64,000 nucleotides of DNA from a plasmid: sequence record NZ_KX832927.1, one strand, 5' to 3'. Positions 1-10,361 of this stretch are shown piece by piece. The notes under the pieces are model-generated. The model did not search any database, was not told where the DNA came from, and saw only the letters and a list, made by a program, of their open reading frames with translations. Every line of letters begins with the position of its first letter. The first letter of the stretch is position 1. The position numbers and the translations under genes were made by a program.

Positions 1-993
1 CTGAATCTGAATGTACACTACCACATGCTGTTTCTCGACGGGATTTACACCGAAGACGGCCATGGTAAACAGCGCTTCCATCGGGTCAAAGCGCCGACCC
101 ACGATGAGCTGAATACCCTCGTCCACACGCTTAGCCATCGCATTGCTCGCTGTCTGGAAAAGCGAGGCGTATTAGAGCGCGATGCCGAGAATACCTGGTT
201 GACTCTGGAAGAGGAGGAAGGCGATGTGCTGACGCAACTGCAGGGCGCATCAGTGACCTATCGCATCGCCACCGGTCCTCAGCAGGGGCGCAAGGTCTTC
301 ACCCTACAAACCTTACCGGGGCGAGAGAATCAGGCCGACACCAACAGCCGAGTGGCGAACTATGCCGGCTTCTCGCTACACGCCGGTGTCATGGCCGAAG
401 CGCATCAGCGAGATAAGCTTGAGCGCCTGTGTCGCTATATCAGTCGGCCAGCGATCTCGGAAAAGCGTCTGGCATTGACCGCCAATGGACAAATCCGCTA
501 CGAGCTCAAAACCCCTTACCGCAATGGCACTACGCATGTGATCTTCGAACCACTGGATTTCATTGCCAAGCTAGCGGCTTTGGTACCCAAGCCTAGGGTC
601 AACCTTACTCGATTCCACGGGCTTTTTGCACCGAACAGCAAACACCGCGTTCAAGTAACACCCGCTAAGCGGGGCAAAAAGCCCGATCAATCGGAAGGTC
701 TCGATACTGGCTGGTGTGACAAGAGCCCCGCAGAGCGCCACCGCGCTATGACCTGGATGCAACGACTCAAGCGTGTTTTCAACATCGACATCGAGGTCTG
801 TGAACACTGCGGTGGCCAAGTCAAAGTGATTGCAAGCATTGAAGACCCGAAGGTGATTGAGCTGATTCTTAATTACCTCAGGCAGAAAGCCGCTAAGGTT
901 GACGCTGCCAAACAGCACGAATTGCCGCCAGAGCGAGCCCCGCCACTGACTCCCAGCCTGTTCGACCCATCGCAGACTTGCCTATTTAATTGA
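1..993 (+). CDS. IS91-family (ISCR-like) rolling-circle transposase, C-terminal fragment; 5' end lies outside the window
   Basis: ORF runs in from the window edge. The C-terminal region carries the CxxC zinc motif (EVCEHCGGQVKV) and overall resemblance to IS91/ISCR TnpA C-termini. An oriIS-like end follows downstream. Confidence 0.55.
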   Translation: MNLNVHYHMLFLDGIYTEDGHGKQRFHRVKAPTHDELNTLVHTLSHRIARCLEKRGVLERDAENTWLTLEEEEGDVLTQLQGASVTYRIATGPQQGRKVFTLQTLPGRENQADTNSRVANYAGFSLHAGVMAEAHQRDKLERLCRYISRPAISEKRLALTANGQIRYELKTPYRNGTTHVIFEPLDFIAKLAALVPKPRVNLTRFHGLFAPNSKHRVQVTPAKRGKKPDQSEGLDTGWCDKSPAERHRAMTWMQRLKRVFNIDIEVCEHCGGQVKVIASIEDPKVIELILNYLRQKAAKVDAAKQHELPPERAPPLTPSLFDPSQTCLFN

Positions 994-1221
994 CGCGCCT
1001 AAGTTCTCAATCCATGCACTGTCAGCCTTTGCGGCAGGCCGGTGGGGCAACTGTCGGCTAGAGATCCATTCGCCAGGCACTTTTCGGTCAAATCGACCAA
1101 AATACGACCTGCTTTAGGCGCTGTGAAGCTAAATTCTGGGGCTTAGGCAATAAAAATGAGCAGCAATTTCGGGTATGATACTTCAGCTTAGGGGTGAAAA
1201 GGTGCTTTATACTTCCTATAC
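1..1221 (+). mobile_element. 3' portion of an IS91/ISCR-family element ending at an oriIS-like sequence (GCTTTATACTTCCTATAC at 1204-1221)
   Basis: Transposase fragment plus the conserved CTTCCTATAC-type IS91-family end about 230 bp after the stop. G+C drops abruptly after 1221. Confidence 0.4.
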
Positions 1222-1338
1222 TCCATAATACTATTGATTTCCAAAAGTATCTCTCTCTACTGACTCTATGATGGCTCGCCTTCCAAACACTTGGCCGCTG
1301 GCGGCGGCTGGGCCAACGCCAGAGCCTGATCCACACTA

Positions 1339-1674
1339 TCATCCGCCTGAAAAAAATCTCATTACCTCTGACGGATAAAGAAACAGATTTCCCCCTTTGG
1401 CAAAAAACAGATACCAAACAGAAAAAGCCACAGAAAAAACACCTGCAACACACACTTCAAATCTATTTCTTGCAGAGAAATACTTGTAGTGCTTTTTTTC
1501 GTATCTCGGGGCTCTCATTTTGACTAGATTTTTCAATGTCAACCAAAGAAAGATAACCCCAGTAGGAAGGATAACTATCACAACCCCAAAGAAATAAATT
1601 GTGTATATAATAAAATCAAACCAGTTATTGATTTCCATAAGCCGTCCCCAATGCTGCGCCAATAGCAGAACCAT
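1339..1674 (-). CDS. hypothetical multi-TM membrane protein in the AT-rich region downstream of rhs (possible orphan immunity or toxin-module remnant)
   Basis: Hydrophobic segments; low-GC DNA unlike the flanks. Weak coding evidence. Confidence 0.3.
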   Translation of the reverse strand: MVLLLAQHWGRLMEINNWFDFIIYTIYFFGVVIVILPTGVIFLWLTLKNLVKMRAPRYEKKHYKYFSARNRFEVCVAGVFSVAFSVWYLFFAKGGNLFLYPSEVMRFFSGG

Positions 1675-1685
1675 GTGAGCCGTAT

Positions 1686-1928
1686 TTAATCCCTGGATTC
1701 CTCATTAGCTCTCTTTAACTTTAATATTTTCCTTAGATTTAAGTATCCATAGATTCCTGAGAACACTCCATACCCCCCCCAAACACCAACGGACAGATAT
1801 AAGGCGAATTTGCTTAGAGGCCCATTCACATAATTTAATAAAGCGAACACTGCAATTCCTATAAAGGCTCCAGCTAACGGAAATCCAAGCAGATATACTG
1901 CTCTATATTTTAAACCGGTTTTTTTCAT
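1686..1928 (-). CDS. small 2-TM membrane protein with a lysine-rich C-terminus
   Basis: 80 aa with two clear hydrophobic helices. AT-rich island next to the rhs immunity gene. Confidence 0.35.
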   Translation of the reverse strand: MKKTGLKYRAVYLLGFPLAGAFIGIAVFALLNYVNGPLSKFALYLSVGVWGGYGVFSGIYGYLNLRKILKLKRANEESRD

Positions 1929-1932
1929 CTTA

Positions 1933-2205
1933 TTATTTATCTATATGTTTTGAAATCTTATCTACAATGGATGTAGTATCCATATTCATTATCCTCCCTG
2001 CTTTTTCAATCAGAAACTCAGCTTCATTTGTTATGTTCTTTGACTCTTCATTAATAATGTCAATGATAGTTTCTAGTGCGATTCCATACTCACCCACATC
2101 AATAAATTCTTGCACTTCTATACTTTCAGATTCAGAAAACGAATCAGACAGCACCATAAGCAAAAGATCTAGCGTGGATTCAATTTCTCTATATTCATTT
2201 TTCAT
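1933..2205 (-). CDS. putative immunity protein for the Rhs C-terminal toxin
   Basis: 90 aa acidic protein. It overlaps the rhs stop by 4 bp (ATGA-type coupling), the classic position of a cognate immunity gene. Confidence 0.5.
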   Translation of the reverse strand: MKNEYREIESTLDLLLMVLSDSFSESESIEVQEFIDVGEYGIALETIIDIINEESKNITNEAEFLIEKAGRIMNMDTTSIVDKISKHIDK

Positions 2206-5200
2206 TTTGGATTCCTTGGTACGTTTGTTGGAAAACCTGAAACAATATCACCATTAGATTCTTGTATTACACGAACATTAATACCTTCTTTAACTGCCTC
2301 TGCAATAGTCCTACCACCGCGCCCAGCCTTTCGAGAAACATTTGGATCGGTAGCTATATCGGAAATGACGTGCATAATTTTTTCATCAGACCAACTTTGA
2401 GGAAACTCACTTTTTCCAGGCTTGCCTGTTCCTGCTCGATGCCCTCCACCAGTGGCGTCACCATCAAGAATATGCTTACGTCTCTGGGAACTGGCTAGGT
2501 CTACAAAATCATCAGCCGTATTTTTAAAAGCGCGTTCCGCAACATTCCCTAGCGCCTTATAGTTGCCAGGCAGGATAATCCCAGCAGCAAAAAGCCCCCC
2601 GGAAATCCACTTTTCTCTTGAGGTCGCACAATCACTGGTGATGGTCTTGAAGGTGTCATAGGCGTCCCAAGCGCTCAAGGCAAAGTCTATGGCAACATAA
2701 GCCCCCAGAAGAAGCGGCACAAACTCCCCTGTTGGATCTGCATTGCCTATCGGGTTGCTCAGCGCATAGGCATAGGTGTTAATCCCACCAGCCAGCCCAA
2801 TCGGGTCACTGGTGATGTAACGCCCGGTATTCGGGTCGTAGTAACGCCGCCAGTTGTAGTGGAGCCCGGTCTCCGCGTCGTAATACTGTCCTGGGAACCG
2901 CAAATTGAAGGTCGGCCCCTGAGTGGTGATGCTGGCCTTACCGAACGGGCTGTAGCTCGCCTTCCAAACCACTTGGCCGCTGGCGTCGGTTAGCGCCTTC
3001 GGGGTGCCCAGATGATCGACGTGGACTTGATAGGTCTGTCCTGACTGAGCAAAGCTCAAGGGGGTGCCATCGAGCCAGATATACTCCGCCAGCACGTCTC
3101 CAGTGGCTGCGTCCAGCTCCTCGATGAGGTTTCCTGCCAAGCCGTAAATCAGTAGGCGGGTCTGGCCGTTTAGGGTCTTAGTTACACGCTGATCCAGATG
3201 GTTGTAGGTGTAAGCTGCTGTCACTCCAGCGACCGTTGCGGCCACCAGCCGGTTCTGGCTGTCATAGGTGAAGGTATCCGCCCCCTGCTTCGTCAGGTTG
3301 CCATTGGCGTCATAGCTTCTGGAGGTTTGCCCAGTCTTCACCAGCCAGTTGTTCATGTAGTTGATGGTGTAGCTTTGGCTCAGGCCATCGGTCGTGATCG
3401 AGGTCCTGTTGCCGGTGGCGTCATAGCCATAGCCCAAAACGCCATAGAGCCCCTCAGCAGAGGTGATGCGGCCAACCGCGTCATAACCGAGTGACTGATT
3501 GACTGATGAGCTGAGATTGTCGTCTATGGCTGAAATCAACGAGTCTGGCGTGTACCGATAGACCAGCGAATGCACTCTAGTAGCGTCGATGCCGGTGACT
3601 CGGTAATTGAGATCCAAAGAGCGACTTTCTGAAATGCCGTTCCATCTGACCATACTGGTGACGGGGCCAAAGGGCGCTCGCTCGATCTGGCTTGCCAGGC
3701 TTGTTGTGGTGCCTGCTTGTGTCGTTGCCACCTCGATGACGTCACCGGCTAAATCACGGGTGTAGGAAACCTCACGACCACTGGGATACGTGATCTTCGT
3801 GATGAGGCCTGCACCATCGTATTGGTACTGGGTAGTAAGGCTCTGCCCGTGGGTTTCCCAGGTCTCGTAAGCCAACCATCCTTCGGGTGTATAGCCATAT
3901 CTCCGGACACCGTTGCCATCATCGACTGAGGTCAAGCGGCCCATGCCGTATGGTGAGGTTGCTTCGTCGTACCCGTACAGAATTGGCGATTCGCCAGCGA
4001 CACCGCTGGATGCCTCGATGATCCGGTTCAGCGCGTCGTAGCTGTAGCTTGTGGTTTGTCCCTTGGCCGTCTTGCGCGTTGCCACGTTACCGGCTTCGTC
4101 ATAGGTAATGTCGGTGGTGCCGGTGTCCGGGCTCCGGACCTGAGTCACTTCGCCAAAGCCGTTGTAGCTGTAGTAGGTCAGGCGCGAACGAGGGTCGGAG
4201 ACACGGTAAACATCGCCGGTATCCTTGTAGAGCACCTGCGTGACCTTCCCGAGTGGATCGGTCGTTTGTGTCCGGTGATGGAAGCCGTCGTACTTGTAGG
4301 AGTGTGTGTTACCAGAGGGACTGGTCTCCTGTATCAGGTTTGCCACCACATCGTAGGAAAACGATGACTGATTGCTATAGGCGTCGGAGACACTGGAGAG
4401 CCAGCCGATTTCGTTGAAGATCCGGCGCTCTATCCAACGGGTCTGGCCCAGCGCATCGAGCAGTCGCTCTTCTACTGGGTTCCCGAGGTCATTGAGCTCA
4501 AGCTCGCGCCGGTTGCCCTGTGCATCTGTTTCCGCCACCAGCCGATGTGCAGCGTCGTACTCATAGCTGACGGTTGCACCATTTGGCTTAGTCAGCGAGC
4601 TCAGGAGGCCCACAGCATCATAGTTGTAGGCCGTGGTTCCTTCTGGTCCAGTGGAGCTGACAAGTCTTCCTCTGGCGTCATAGGTGAGGGTTTGGGTTAC
4701 ACCGTTGACGCCCTGAATGGTCCCGGCGCGACCGTTCGCGTCGTAGTCACCAAACTGCATCACCTGCCCCAGCGCGTTTGTTGTCCGGATCAGGTTGCCC
4801 TGGTCATCGTAGTCAAATGTCGTAACATCGCTGACGTCGGTGCGCGGACCATCAACCGAGGCCAACAGGCTCGGCTTTCCTGTACCAACAGGGGCATAGG
4901 TGTAGGTCCATGTCCGGGAAGCGCCCGAGCTGCGATCTGTGACCTTGCGGCTTATCACCCGGAGATGAGTGTCGTAGGTAAGCTCAGTGATCCTGGTTGG
5001 TTCCGTGATTTTTGCAGGGAGCGACTTGGAAGGAAGCCAGTCGGTCGTAACCTTGCCCCCATCCTGGTCTATCTGGGTGGTTTCCAATCCCCGGTCGTTA
5101 TGGGTGAACGTGCGCTTCTGTCCAGCACGATCTGTAATGCTGGAGACGAGGCCTTTGCTGTCGTAGACGTAGGTTTCCTTGCCTCCCACAAAGCCGGTAC

Positions 5201-6464
5201 ACGGCGCACCCTCAACAACATCAGGCTTGAGCATCCCGTTGTGACGGCTGTAGGTATATCGCTGAACGTGGCCGAGGGCGTTGGTGACAGAGACGCTTCC
5301 GTCAGCGTTGTAGCTTACCTGAGTCTTCTCTGCGCCCCCGGCGTGTTCACTTAGAACTGCCATCCCCTGAGCATCATATCCCCATGTGGCGAAACGGTTG
5401 CCGTTCTCGTCCACCAGCCCAGAGAGCAAACCCGGTGCATTCGGGTCATCGTAGAGATAGCTGCGGCTCGTATTGTCCTGGTAGATCACTTCCGCCAGCT
5501 TGCCAGCGCTGTTGTACTGGTACTGAATACTGCCACCAGCAGGATCGGTGACACTGACCATGCGGCCATCTTGATGCTGGAACTGGATGTTGCGGCCAAA
5601 GCCGTCAGTGATCGAGGATAGCTCTCCGTTCAGATAGCTCAGGGTGATGTGATTGCCGTTGGGCTTCTCGATGCCGGTCAGTCGTCCGGTTTCATCATAG
5701 GCCTCGACTACCCCGTCAGATTGAGTGTAACGCCAGCCGGTAGCATCCTTCGTCAAGGTATCATCGGTTTTCCATGTTGGCACCCAGACAGAGGACGAGT
5801 TGTAGAACGCGAGTTGTTGCCCTTCTGGCCGGTGCAGGACAACCATGTTCTCACCGTACTTCGAGGCGTTGACCTCGACGCTCCGCGAGTAGGTATGCCG
5901 CCAGCCGCCGAGCTCTTCATCAGGAAGGTGGCTATTGTAGTATCTGGTGAATGTGAAAGGGTCGGAGCCTCCGCTTTGATAATCCAGTTCAGCCTGGAAC
6001 TTGTTGCCGGTGCCAAGATGGATAGGGTTCCCTACACACATGGTCGTTGTTGGTAAGCCGAGATCCCTGTCCAGGAACGGTGTTTTATCCATCTCACCCG
6101 GCAGAACATAGGTTGAGCGCCAGTAGACCGTAGCTGGGTCGCCAGTGCAGGTAGTGGGGTCATAATCGCCAGTAGCACCTAGATACTTAAAACAGATCCT
6201 GGAGACATAACGGCCATCACCATAACTGGCAACCGGATAAAGCGCATCCCCAACTGGCGTTCCCTTCCCTTGCTCCTCACCAGAGCGATAATTCTTCATG
6301 AAGGAATGCGCGTCTATGATGGTGTTGAAGCGCATTTTGTCTACTTCGGTGCTCACGGCTACAACCCGCCATTGTGCAAAAGCAACGCATGGCAAAGTTG
6401 CGAGCACCACAACGGCCAATGACCGCAGGTTTCGCATCAGTAAAAGGGAAGGTCTCGATCTCAT
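2202..6464 (-). CDS. rhs: Rhs/YD-repeat polymorphic toxin with signal peptide and variable C-terminal toxin domain
   Basis: 1420 aa. N-terminal signal peptide. Dozens of YD/RHS repeats. The RHS core ends in the PxxxxDPxGL motif (DPIGLAGG), followed by an unrelated C-terminal domain of about 190 aa. Confidence 0.9.
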   Translation of the reverse strand: MRSRPSLLLMRNLRSLAVVVLATLPCVAFAQWRVVAVSTEVDKMRFNTIIDAHSFMKNYRSGEEQGKGTPVGDALYPVASYGDGRYVSRICFKYLGATGDYDPTTCTGDPATVYWRSTYVLPGEMDKTPFLDRDLGLPTTTMCVGNPIHLGTGNKFQAELDYQSGGSDPFTFTRYYNSHLPDEELGGWRHTYSRSVEVNASKYGENMVVLHRPEGQQLAFYNSSSVWVPTWKTDDTLTKDATGWRYTQSDGVVEAYDETGRLTGIEKPNGNHITLSYLNGELSSITDGFGRNIQFQHQDGRMVSVTDPAGGSIQYQYNSAGKLAEVIYQDNTSRSYLYDDPNAPGLLSGLVDENGNRFATWGYDAQGMAVLSEHAGGAEKTQVSYNADGSVSVTNALGHVQRYTYSRHNGMLKPDVVEGAPCTGFVGGKETYVYDSKGLVSSITDRAGQKRTFTHNDRGLETTQIDQDGGKVTTDWLPSKSLPAKITEPTRITELTYDTHLRVISRKVTDRSSGASRTWTYTYAPVGTGKPSLLASVDGPRTDVSDVTTFDYDDQGNLIRTTNALGQVMQFGDYDANGRAGTIQGVNGVTQTLTYDARGRLVSSTGPEGTTAYNYDAVGLLSSLTKPNGATVSYEYDAAHRLVAETDAQGNRRELELNDLGNPVEERLLDALGQTRWIERRIFNEIGWLSSVSDAYSNQSSFSYDVVANLIQETSPSGNTHSYKYDGFHHRTQTTDPLGKVTQVLYKDTGDVYRVSDPRSRLTYYSYNGFGEVTQVRSPDTGTTDITYDEAGNVATRKTAKGQTTSYSYDALNRIIEASSGVAGESPILYGYDEATSPYGMGRLTSVDDGNGVRRYGYTPEGWLAYETWETHGQSLTTQYQYDGAGLITKITYPSGREVSYTRDLAGDVIEVATTQAGTTTSLASQIERAPFGPVTSMVRWNGISESRSLDLNYRVTGIDATRVHSLVYRYTPDSLISAIDDNLSSSVNQSLGYDAVGRITSAEGLYGVLGYGYDATGNRTSITTDGLSQSYTINYMNNWLVKTGQTSRSYDANGNLTKQGADTFTYDSQNRLVAATVAGVTAAYTYNHLDQRVTKTLNGQTRLLIYGLAGNLIEELDAATGDVLAEYIWLDGTPLSFAQSGQTYQVHVDHLGTPKALTDASGQVVWKASYSPFGKASITTQGPTFNLRFPGQYYDAETGLHYNWRRYYDPNTGRYITSDPIGLAGGINTYAYALSNPIGNADPTGEFVPLLLGAYVAIDFALSAWDAYDTFKTITSDCATSREKWISGGLFAAGIILPGNYKALGNVAERAFKNTADDFVDLASSQRRKHILDGDATGGGHRAGTGKPGKSEFPQSWSDEKIMHVISDIATDPNVSRKAGRGGRTIAEAVKEGINVRVIQESNGDIVSGFPTNVPRNPK

Positions 6465-6596
6465 TTACAGCTCCAGTTTTTATGCTGGAGCTATTTTCAG
6501 GTGGGAGAGTCGTTATCAACGACTGCGTTTTTGCCCTTTTAGGGTATGAATACGTGATTTGGAGAGGTTGTGTATTCAGAACAAATGAGAAGCAGG

Positions 6597-7322
6597 TTAC
6601 TCATTTCGCTCAAACACTGTGACAAGAACACGTTTTTGGTTGTCGTCGTTGATCACCATCAGGTACTTGAACTTGGAATCTCTATGGCCCCAGACTTCCA
6701 CGTTATCTACGCGGCCATACTTTCTGGCTTTATGGCGAGCCACTTTCTCGTCAAAGGGTTGAACCTGTAACTCTGGATGCTGGAGGCGACCAACGAGTGA
6801 GGCCCACGGTTTTTTAGGGTCTCCAGAGGTTATCCGGGCCTGATACTGATCGATGGCATGTTGAGTAACAAGGACGGGACCAATGGCCGGTGTAGAGATT
6901 TCGTCATGGGTTTGAGTATAGGCTTGCTTGTCCACATCGAGGAGCTCAACGTTGCCCTCACCCGGCTCATCCATAAACTCCATGCTCTGCGAAACTTCAA
7001 TAGTAGCGCCCTTTAAACGTCCAGTGAGGCAAGCCGCAAACTTGAATGCAAACTCCTTGGTGGATTTGCCCAGCGCCAGCTTTTTAATCGCACCTTTGGA
7101 TACCACCAGCTTGTAACCAGCACCAGCACCTGGCTCTCTGCAAAAAACCTGTTTGTCCAGCGCCAGATAGCGAATGGCTACGAGCTCAGCCAAAAGATCT
7201 GCCTCCTCGTTGTCAAAATCAATACGAACATCAAGGATGCCTTTCCGTTTTGTACCAACGCGCCAGAATACAAGGGCTGAATTATTAGAAGTTTTCTTCG
7301 AGACAGTAGTCAGTGTCATCAT
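6597..7322 (-). CDS. hypothetical protein (241 aa)
   Basis: Long ORF with backbone-like GC content. No recognisable motif. Confidence 0.5.
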   Translation of the reverse strand: MMTLTTVSKKTSNNSALVFWRVGTKRKGILDVRIDFDNEEADLLAELVAIRYLALDKQVFCREPGAGAGYKLVVSKGAIKKLALGKSTKEFAFKFAACLTGRLKGATIEVSQSMEFMDEPGEGNVELLDVDKQAYTQTHDEISTPAIGPVLVTQHAIDQYQARITSGDPKKPWASLVGRLQHPELQVQPFDEKVARHKARKYGRVDNVEVWGHRDSKFKYLMVINDDNQKRVLVTVFERNE

Positions 7323-7435
7323 GGTCTATTTCTCCATTATCGGGATAATGGTCGGCATCGCCGCCAGCACCCCTATTCGTTAGGGTTCATTTAGATGCTA
7401 CCACGGGTTTTAAAAATGCAACCCCTAGTGCCACT

Positions 7436-7837
7436 CTATTTGTGGTCCCAAGTATTTTTATAAGCTCGGGCTAGGCGTTTCTCTATCACTTCTGACAAAT
7501 TGCAACCATCGACTTCTGCCAACCGCTTCAAAATCCTGTGGGCTTTATCGCTTATAGTTATGCTTTTACCAACACCATATCCCCTTCTGCGACGTTGCCT
7601 AATTGATGTCCCGAGTTTATTGATTTGCTCTGCTGTCAGATATTTATTAATCCATTCAGTGAGTTCTGATGGTGATCGCCCCATGCTGTTCAGGCTGTCC
7701 ACGGCTTCAAGTTTCTTATCGAATGGGACGTCACGCCAGAAAGCTGGGCGCGAAGCAGCTCTGAGGAGATAGATCGCCGTAGCCTGAGCATCTTCATTGG
7801 ATACTTTCAAAAAAACACCTTTACCGTTACATGTCAC
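7436..7837 (-). CDS. hypothetical protein with a C-terminal ribbon-helix-helix-like segment
   Basis: 133 aa. C-terminal ISDKAHRILKRLAEV... resembles RHH/CopG DNA-binding folds. Confidence 0.4.
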   Translation of the reverse strand: MTCNGKGVFLKVSNEDAQATAIYLLRAASRPAFWRDVPFDKKLEAVDSLNSMGRSPSELTEWINKYLTAEQINKLGTSIRQRRRRGYGVGKSITISDKAHRILKRLAEVDGCNLSEVIEKRLARAYKNTWDHK

Positions 7838-8056
7838 ACCAACTTCATCGTGACATGTAACACTTCAAACTGCAAGTATAAAAAAAGGCCAGCTATTGCT
7901 GGCCTTTACGTTCATTATCGCAGTTACTCTTTAGGCGTTGTGATGCTTTTTTTCCTTCTGTTTCTCATGGTAGAGATACAGACTGCCGCCAGTGACGACA
8001 GTGAAAAAAATGAGCAACCCCAACATGCCTAATGTGAAAGCGTCCATTTGACCCCC

Positions 8057-8308
8057 TTAGGAATTGCTGACCTTGGTTAAGATTATACCATAGATCCACA
8101 GGATAACCCCAATGACCAACACCAAACCGGCTTCTTTGACGGTTATAGTGTCCCCAGATACAGCCAATCCTACAATACCGACACCGATGGCTGTTACGGC
8201 GACCTTACGCAGGTCTTCACCGATAGCTCCCAGAGTCTTCTTGTCAGGAGAGAAAAGACGCACAAACCACGTCTTAATACGCAAAAACTTTTTCATGATT
8301 ACCTCCAT
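8057..8308 (-). CDS. small membrane protein
   Basis: 83 aa with two hydrophobic helices. Preceded by an RBS (GGAGGT) and a hairpin. Confidence 0.4.
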   Translation of the reverse strand: MEVIMKKFLRIKTWFVRLFSPDKKTLGAIGEDLRKVAVTAIGVGIVGLAVSGDTITVKEAGLVLVIGVILWIYGIILTKVSNS

Positions 8309-8368
8309 AGTTGAAGAGGAGGCGAATCATGCCCGAGAGGGCATGAACACCCCCTCAGGGTTAAAGTT

Positions 8369-8692
8369 TTAGGCAGACAAAGCTGTTGGCTTCGCCTTGT
8401 TCATCTTCATTGAGTTAATGATCTTCGTCGCTTCATCAGCAAACGGGCCAGTAACTTGGATAGGCTCCCTTCTTGCGAAGGAGGCTGTCACCATCATTCT
8501 CTGGCCGTGCATCAGATGACGATACCGAGACCGCATAAGCTCAACGTAGGCCGCAGAGTCCCCCTCCCACCCCTCAGGGGGAGAAAAGGGGCACACCGCG
8601 TCGTTACCAGGCGTTGTATCAACCTTCGAGACATCAATGACGGCCATACTCAACTCTCCTTCTCGCAATGAAATCGCGCAGGTAGCGAGCAT
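8369..8692 (-). CDS. hypothetical protein (start probably internal)
   Basis: ORF overlaps the primase 3' end. Co-directional operon context. Confidence 0.35.
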   Translation of the reverse strand: MLATCAISLREGELSMAVIDVSKVDTTPGNDAVCPFSPPEGWEGDSAAYVELMRSRYRHLMHGQRMMVTASFARREPIQVTGPFADEATKIINSMKMNKAKPTALSA

Positions 8693-10361
8693 TCGGGAAA
8701 CCGAGGCTTCCCTGACTCATCAGGACATCGTTCCAGTCAATCCCTTTCGCTCTGGGCGGGATCGGGAGTTTAGGCAGCAGGACGTACACACGAATGCCGC
8801 GCTTCTCCAGCTTGGCTTTCAGCACGTTCGCTGACTTCTCACCAGTCACAGACTTATCTTTGTCAGCCCAGATCAGTACGGTGTGAACACCTTCTGGAAC
8901 CTCGAAGGACTCCATCAGGGTCGCATTGACCGTTGACCAAACCGGGATTTGAGTGACTCGATAAGCTGACAGGGCTGTTTCCAGCCCTTCTGCAACACCC
9001 AGGATACCCTCAGTCGGTTCACCGAGGCGGATGGCCGCGCCATTGACATCCAAACCGTCAGGAATGGGCATCATCTTCTTGGCGTTGCCGACCTTGGCTT
9101 TTTTACCGTTTTGGGTGAGATAGGTGCGGTGGAGCGTTACCAGGTTGCCTTCCACATCTCGGATAGCGCAGACGATAGCCGGGAATTTCCCAACTTCATT
9201 GCCATCTTCGTCGTAGTAGGCCATAGCCGGATTGAACCGCAGACAGTCTGTTTTTTCTACTTCATCAACCTTGAACAGAAGCTCGCGGTTTTTGAAGTAC
9301 AGACGCATTGGCTCAGTCACATGACTGGAGAACGGCAAACACTCGTTCCATACCTTCTCGATTTTCTCACGGAGACGAGCACTGTAAGCGCGTTCGCGCT
9401 CCATTCTCTTCTCCATTTCTTCTTGGAGCTCAAGCAGCCAAGGCTTAGGTTGTTCACGAAACATCGGAACAACTTTCGGCTTGTTTTCGCTGCTTTGCTC
9501 TTCCGGTTGTGTGGCCGCATGTTGTACTTGCGGTGCCGGAGCTTCTACCGTGCGGTTGACCACAGGGGCCGACTCAACATGGTGACTCACCGGCTCAACA
9601 CCACCGTTCGAGCGAGCGCGGAACTGCGTTACCGTAGCGCCGCGACGTTCCACCAGCCAGGTGTTGCGATGCGTTTGCATAGGTTGTTCTCTCACAACAT
9701 TCCCCTGCTCGTCCTTAACTTCAACGACGACAGTTACAGGCTCGCGCCCGAGGTTTGTCATGACGATCTCATCCCCATACTTGGCTTCACTTTCACCAAT
9801 GGCTCTTTCAAGATCCACGCCCCAGATGGTGCGTTCCAAACCGCTCTTGTCACGGATGAAGGCAAAGTAGCTGAGCTCGTTGTCTTCGTTATGCTCATAA
9901 GGAGCTTTACCGTGGGCAATCAGAGTACCGGCAATGGATTTTTTACGATTCTTGGAATCGAGAACCTTGTTATTCACCTTCATAGGCTCTTGCTGAACAG
10001 GCGCTTTGGCCTGGACAGGAGCTCGTGTCGGTGCAGCGGCTTGTTGATACTGGGGTTGCTCTTTCTCAACGCCCAGATAATCACCAACCTCGCTCAGGCA
10101 CTGTTTAAAGTCCCAGTTATTGAGCCACATCAGCAGCTCAAAACCATCATGATTGGCACCGCATGTATTGCATACGCCGCCACCAGTCAGGTGGGCATCC
10201 TTGAACAGTCGGAAGCCATCTTTCCCGCCGTGGATAGGACAAGAAACATGACGACCAGGTTTACGGAGAGCTGGTTCAAGATGGGGCGCTAGGGCCGCCA
10301 GGATGAATAGCCAGTTTCCGTTTGCAGCTTCACGAACGGTGTCAGCTTTGTAGTAAGACAT
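8634..10361 (-). CDS. DNA primase (N-terminal zinc-binding CHC2-type motif plus C-terminal Toprim domain)
   Basis: CPIHGGKDGFRLF...CNTCG zinc motif. Toprim-like acidic motifs (EGLETAL, WADKD) near the C-terminus. Start taken at the ATG preceded by AAGGAG (aa 33 of the track ORF). Confidence 0.75.
   Translation of the reverse strand: MSYYKADTVREAANGNWLFILAALAPHLEPALRKPGRHVSCPIHGGKDGFRLFKDAHLTGGGVCNTCGANHDGFELLMWLNNWDFKQCLSEVGDYLGVEKEQPQYQQAAAPTRAPVQAKAPVQQEPMKVNNKVLDSKNRKKSIAGTLIAHGKAPYEHNEDNELSYFAFIRDKSGLERTIWGVDLERAIGESEAKYGDEIVMTNLGREPVTVVVEVKDEQGNVVREQPMQTHRNTWLVERRGATVTQFRARSNGGVEPVSHHVESAPVVNRTVEAPAPQVQHAATQPEEQSSENKPKVVPMFREQPKPWLLELQEEMEKRMERERAYSARLREKIEKVWNECLPFSSHVTEPMRLYFKNRELLFKVDEVEKTDCLRFNPAMAYYDEDGNEVGKFPAIVCAIRDVEGNLVTLHRTYLTQNGKKAKVGNAKKMMPIPDGLDVNGAAIRLGEPTEGILGVAEGLETALSAYRVTQIPVWSTVNATLMESFEVPEGVHTVLIWADKDKSVTGEKSANVLKAKLEKRGIRVYVLLPKLPIPPRAKGIDWNDVLMSQGSLGFPNARYLRDFIARRRVEYGRH

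Noticed and set aside
1967-2257. 96 aa plus-strand ORF opposite the Rhs immunity gene
   Set aside because: Antisense to the better-supported immunity ORF, which overlaps the rhs stop. No RBS.
9111-10292. 393 aa plus-strand ORF antisense to the primase gene
   Set aside because: Lies entirely within a well-supported minus-strand gene. No RBS, low-complexity translation. Typical spurious antisense ORF in GC-rich DNA.
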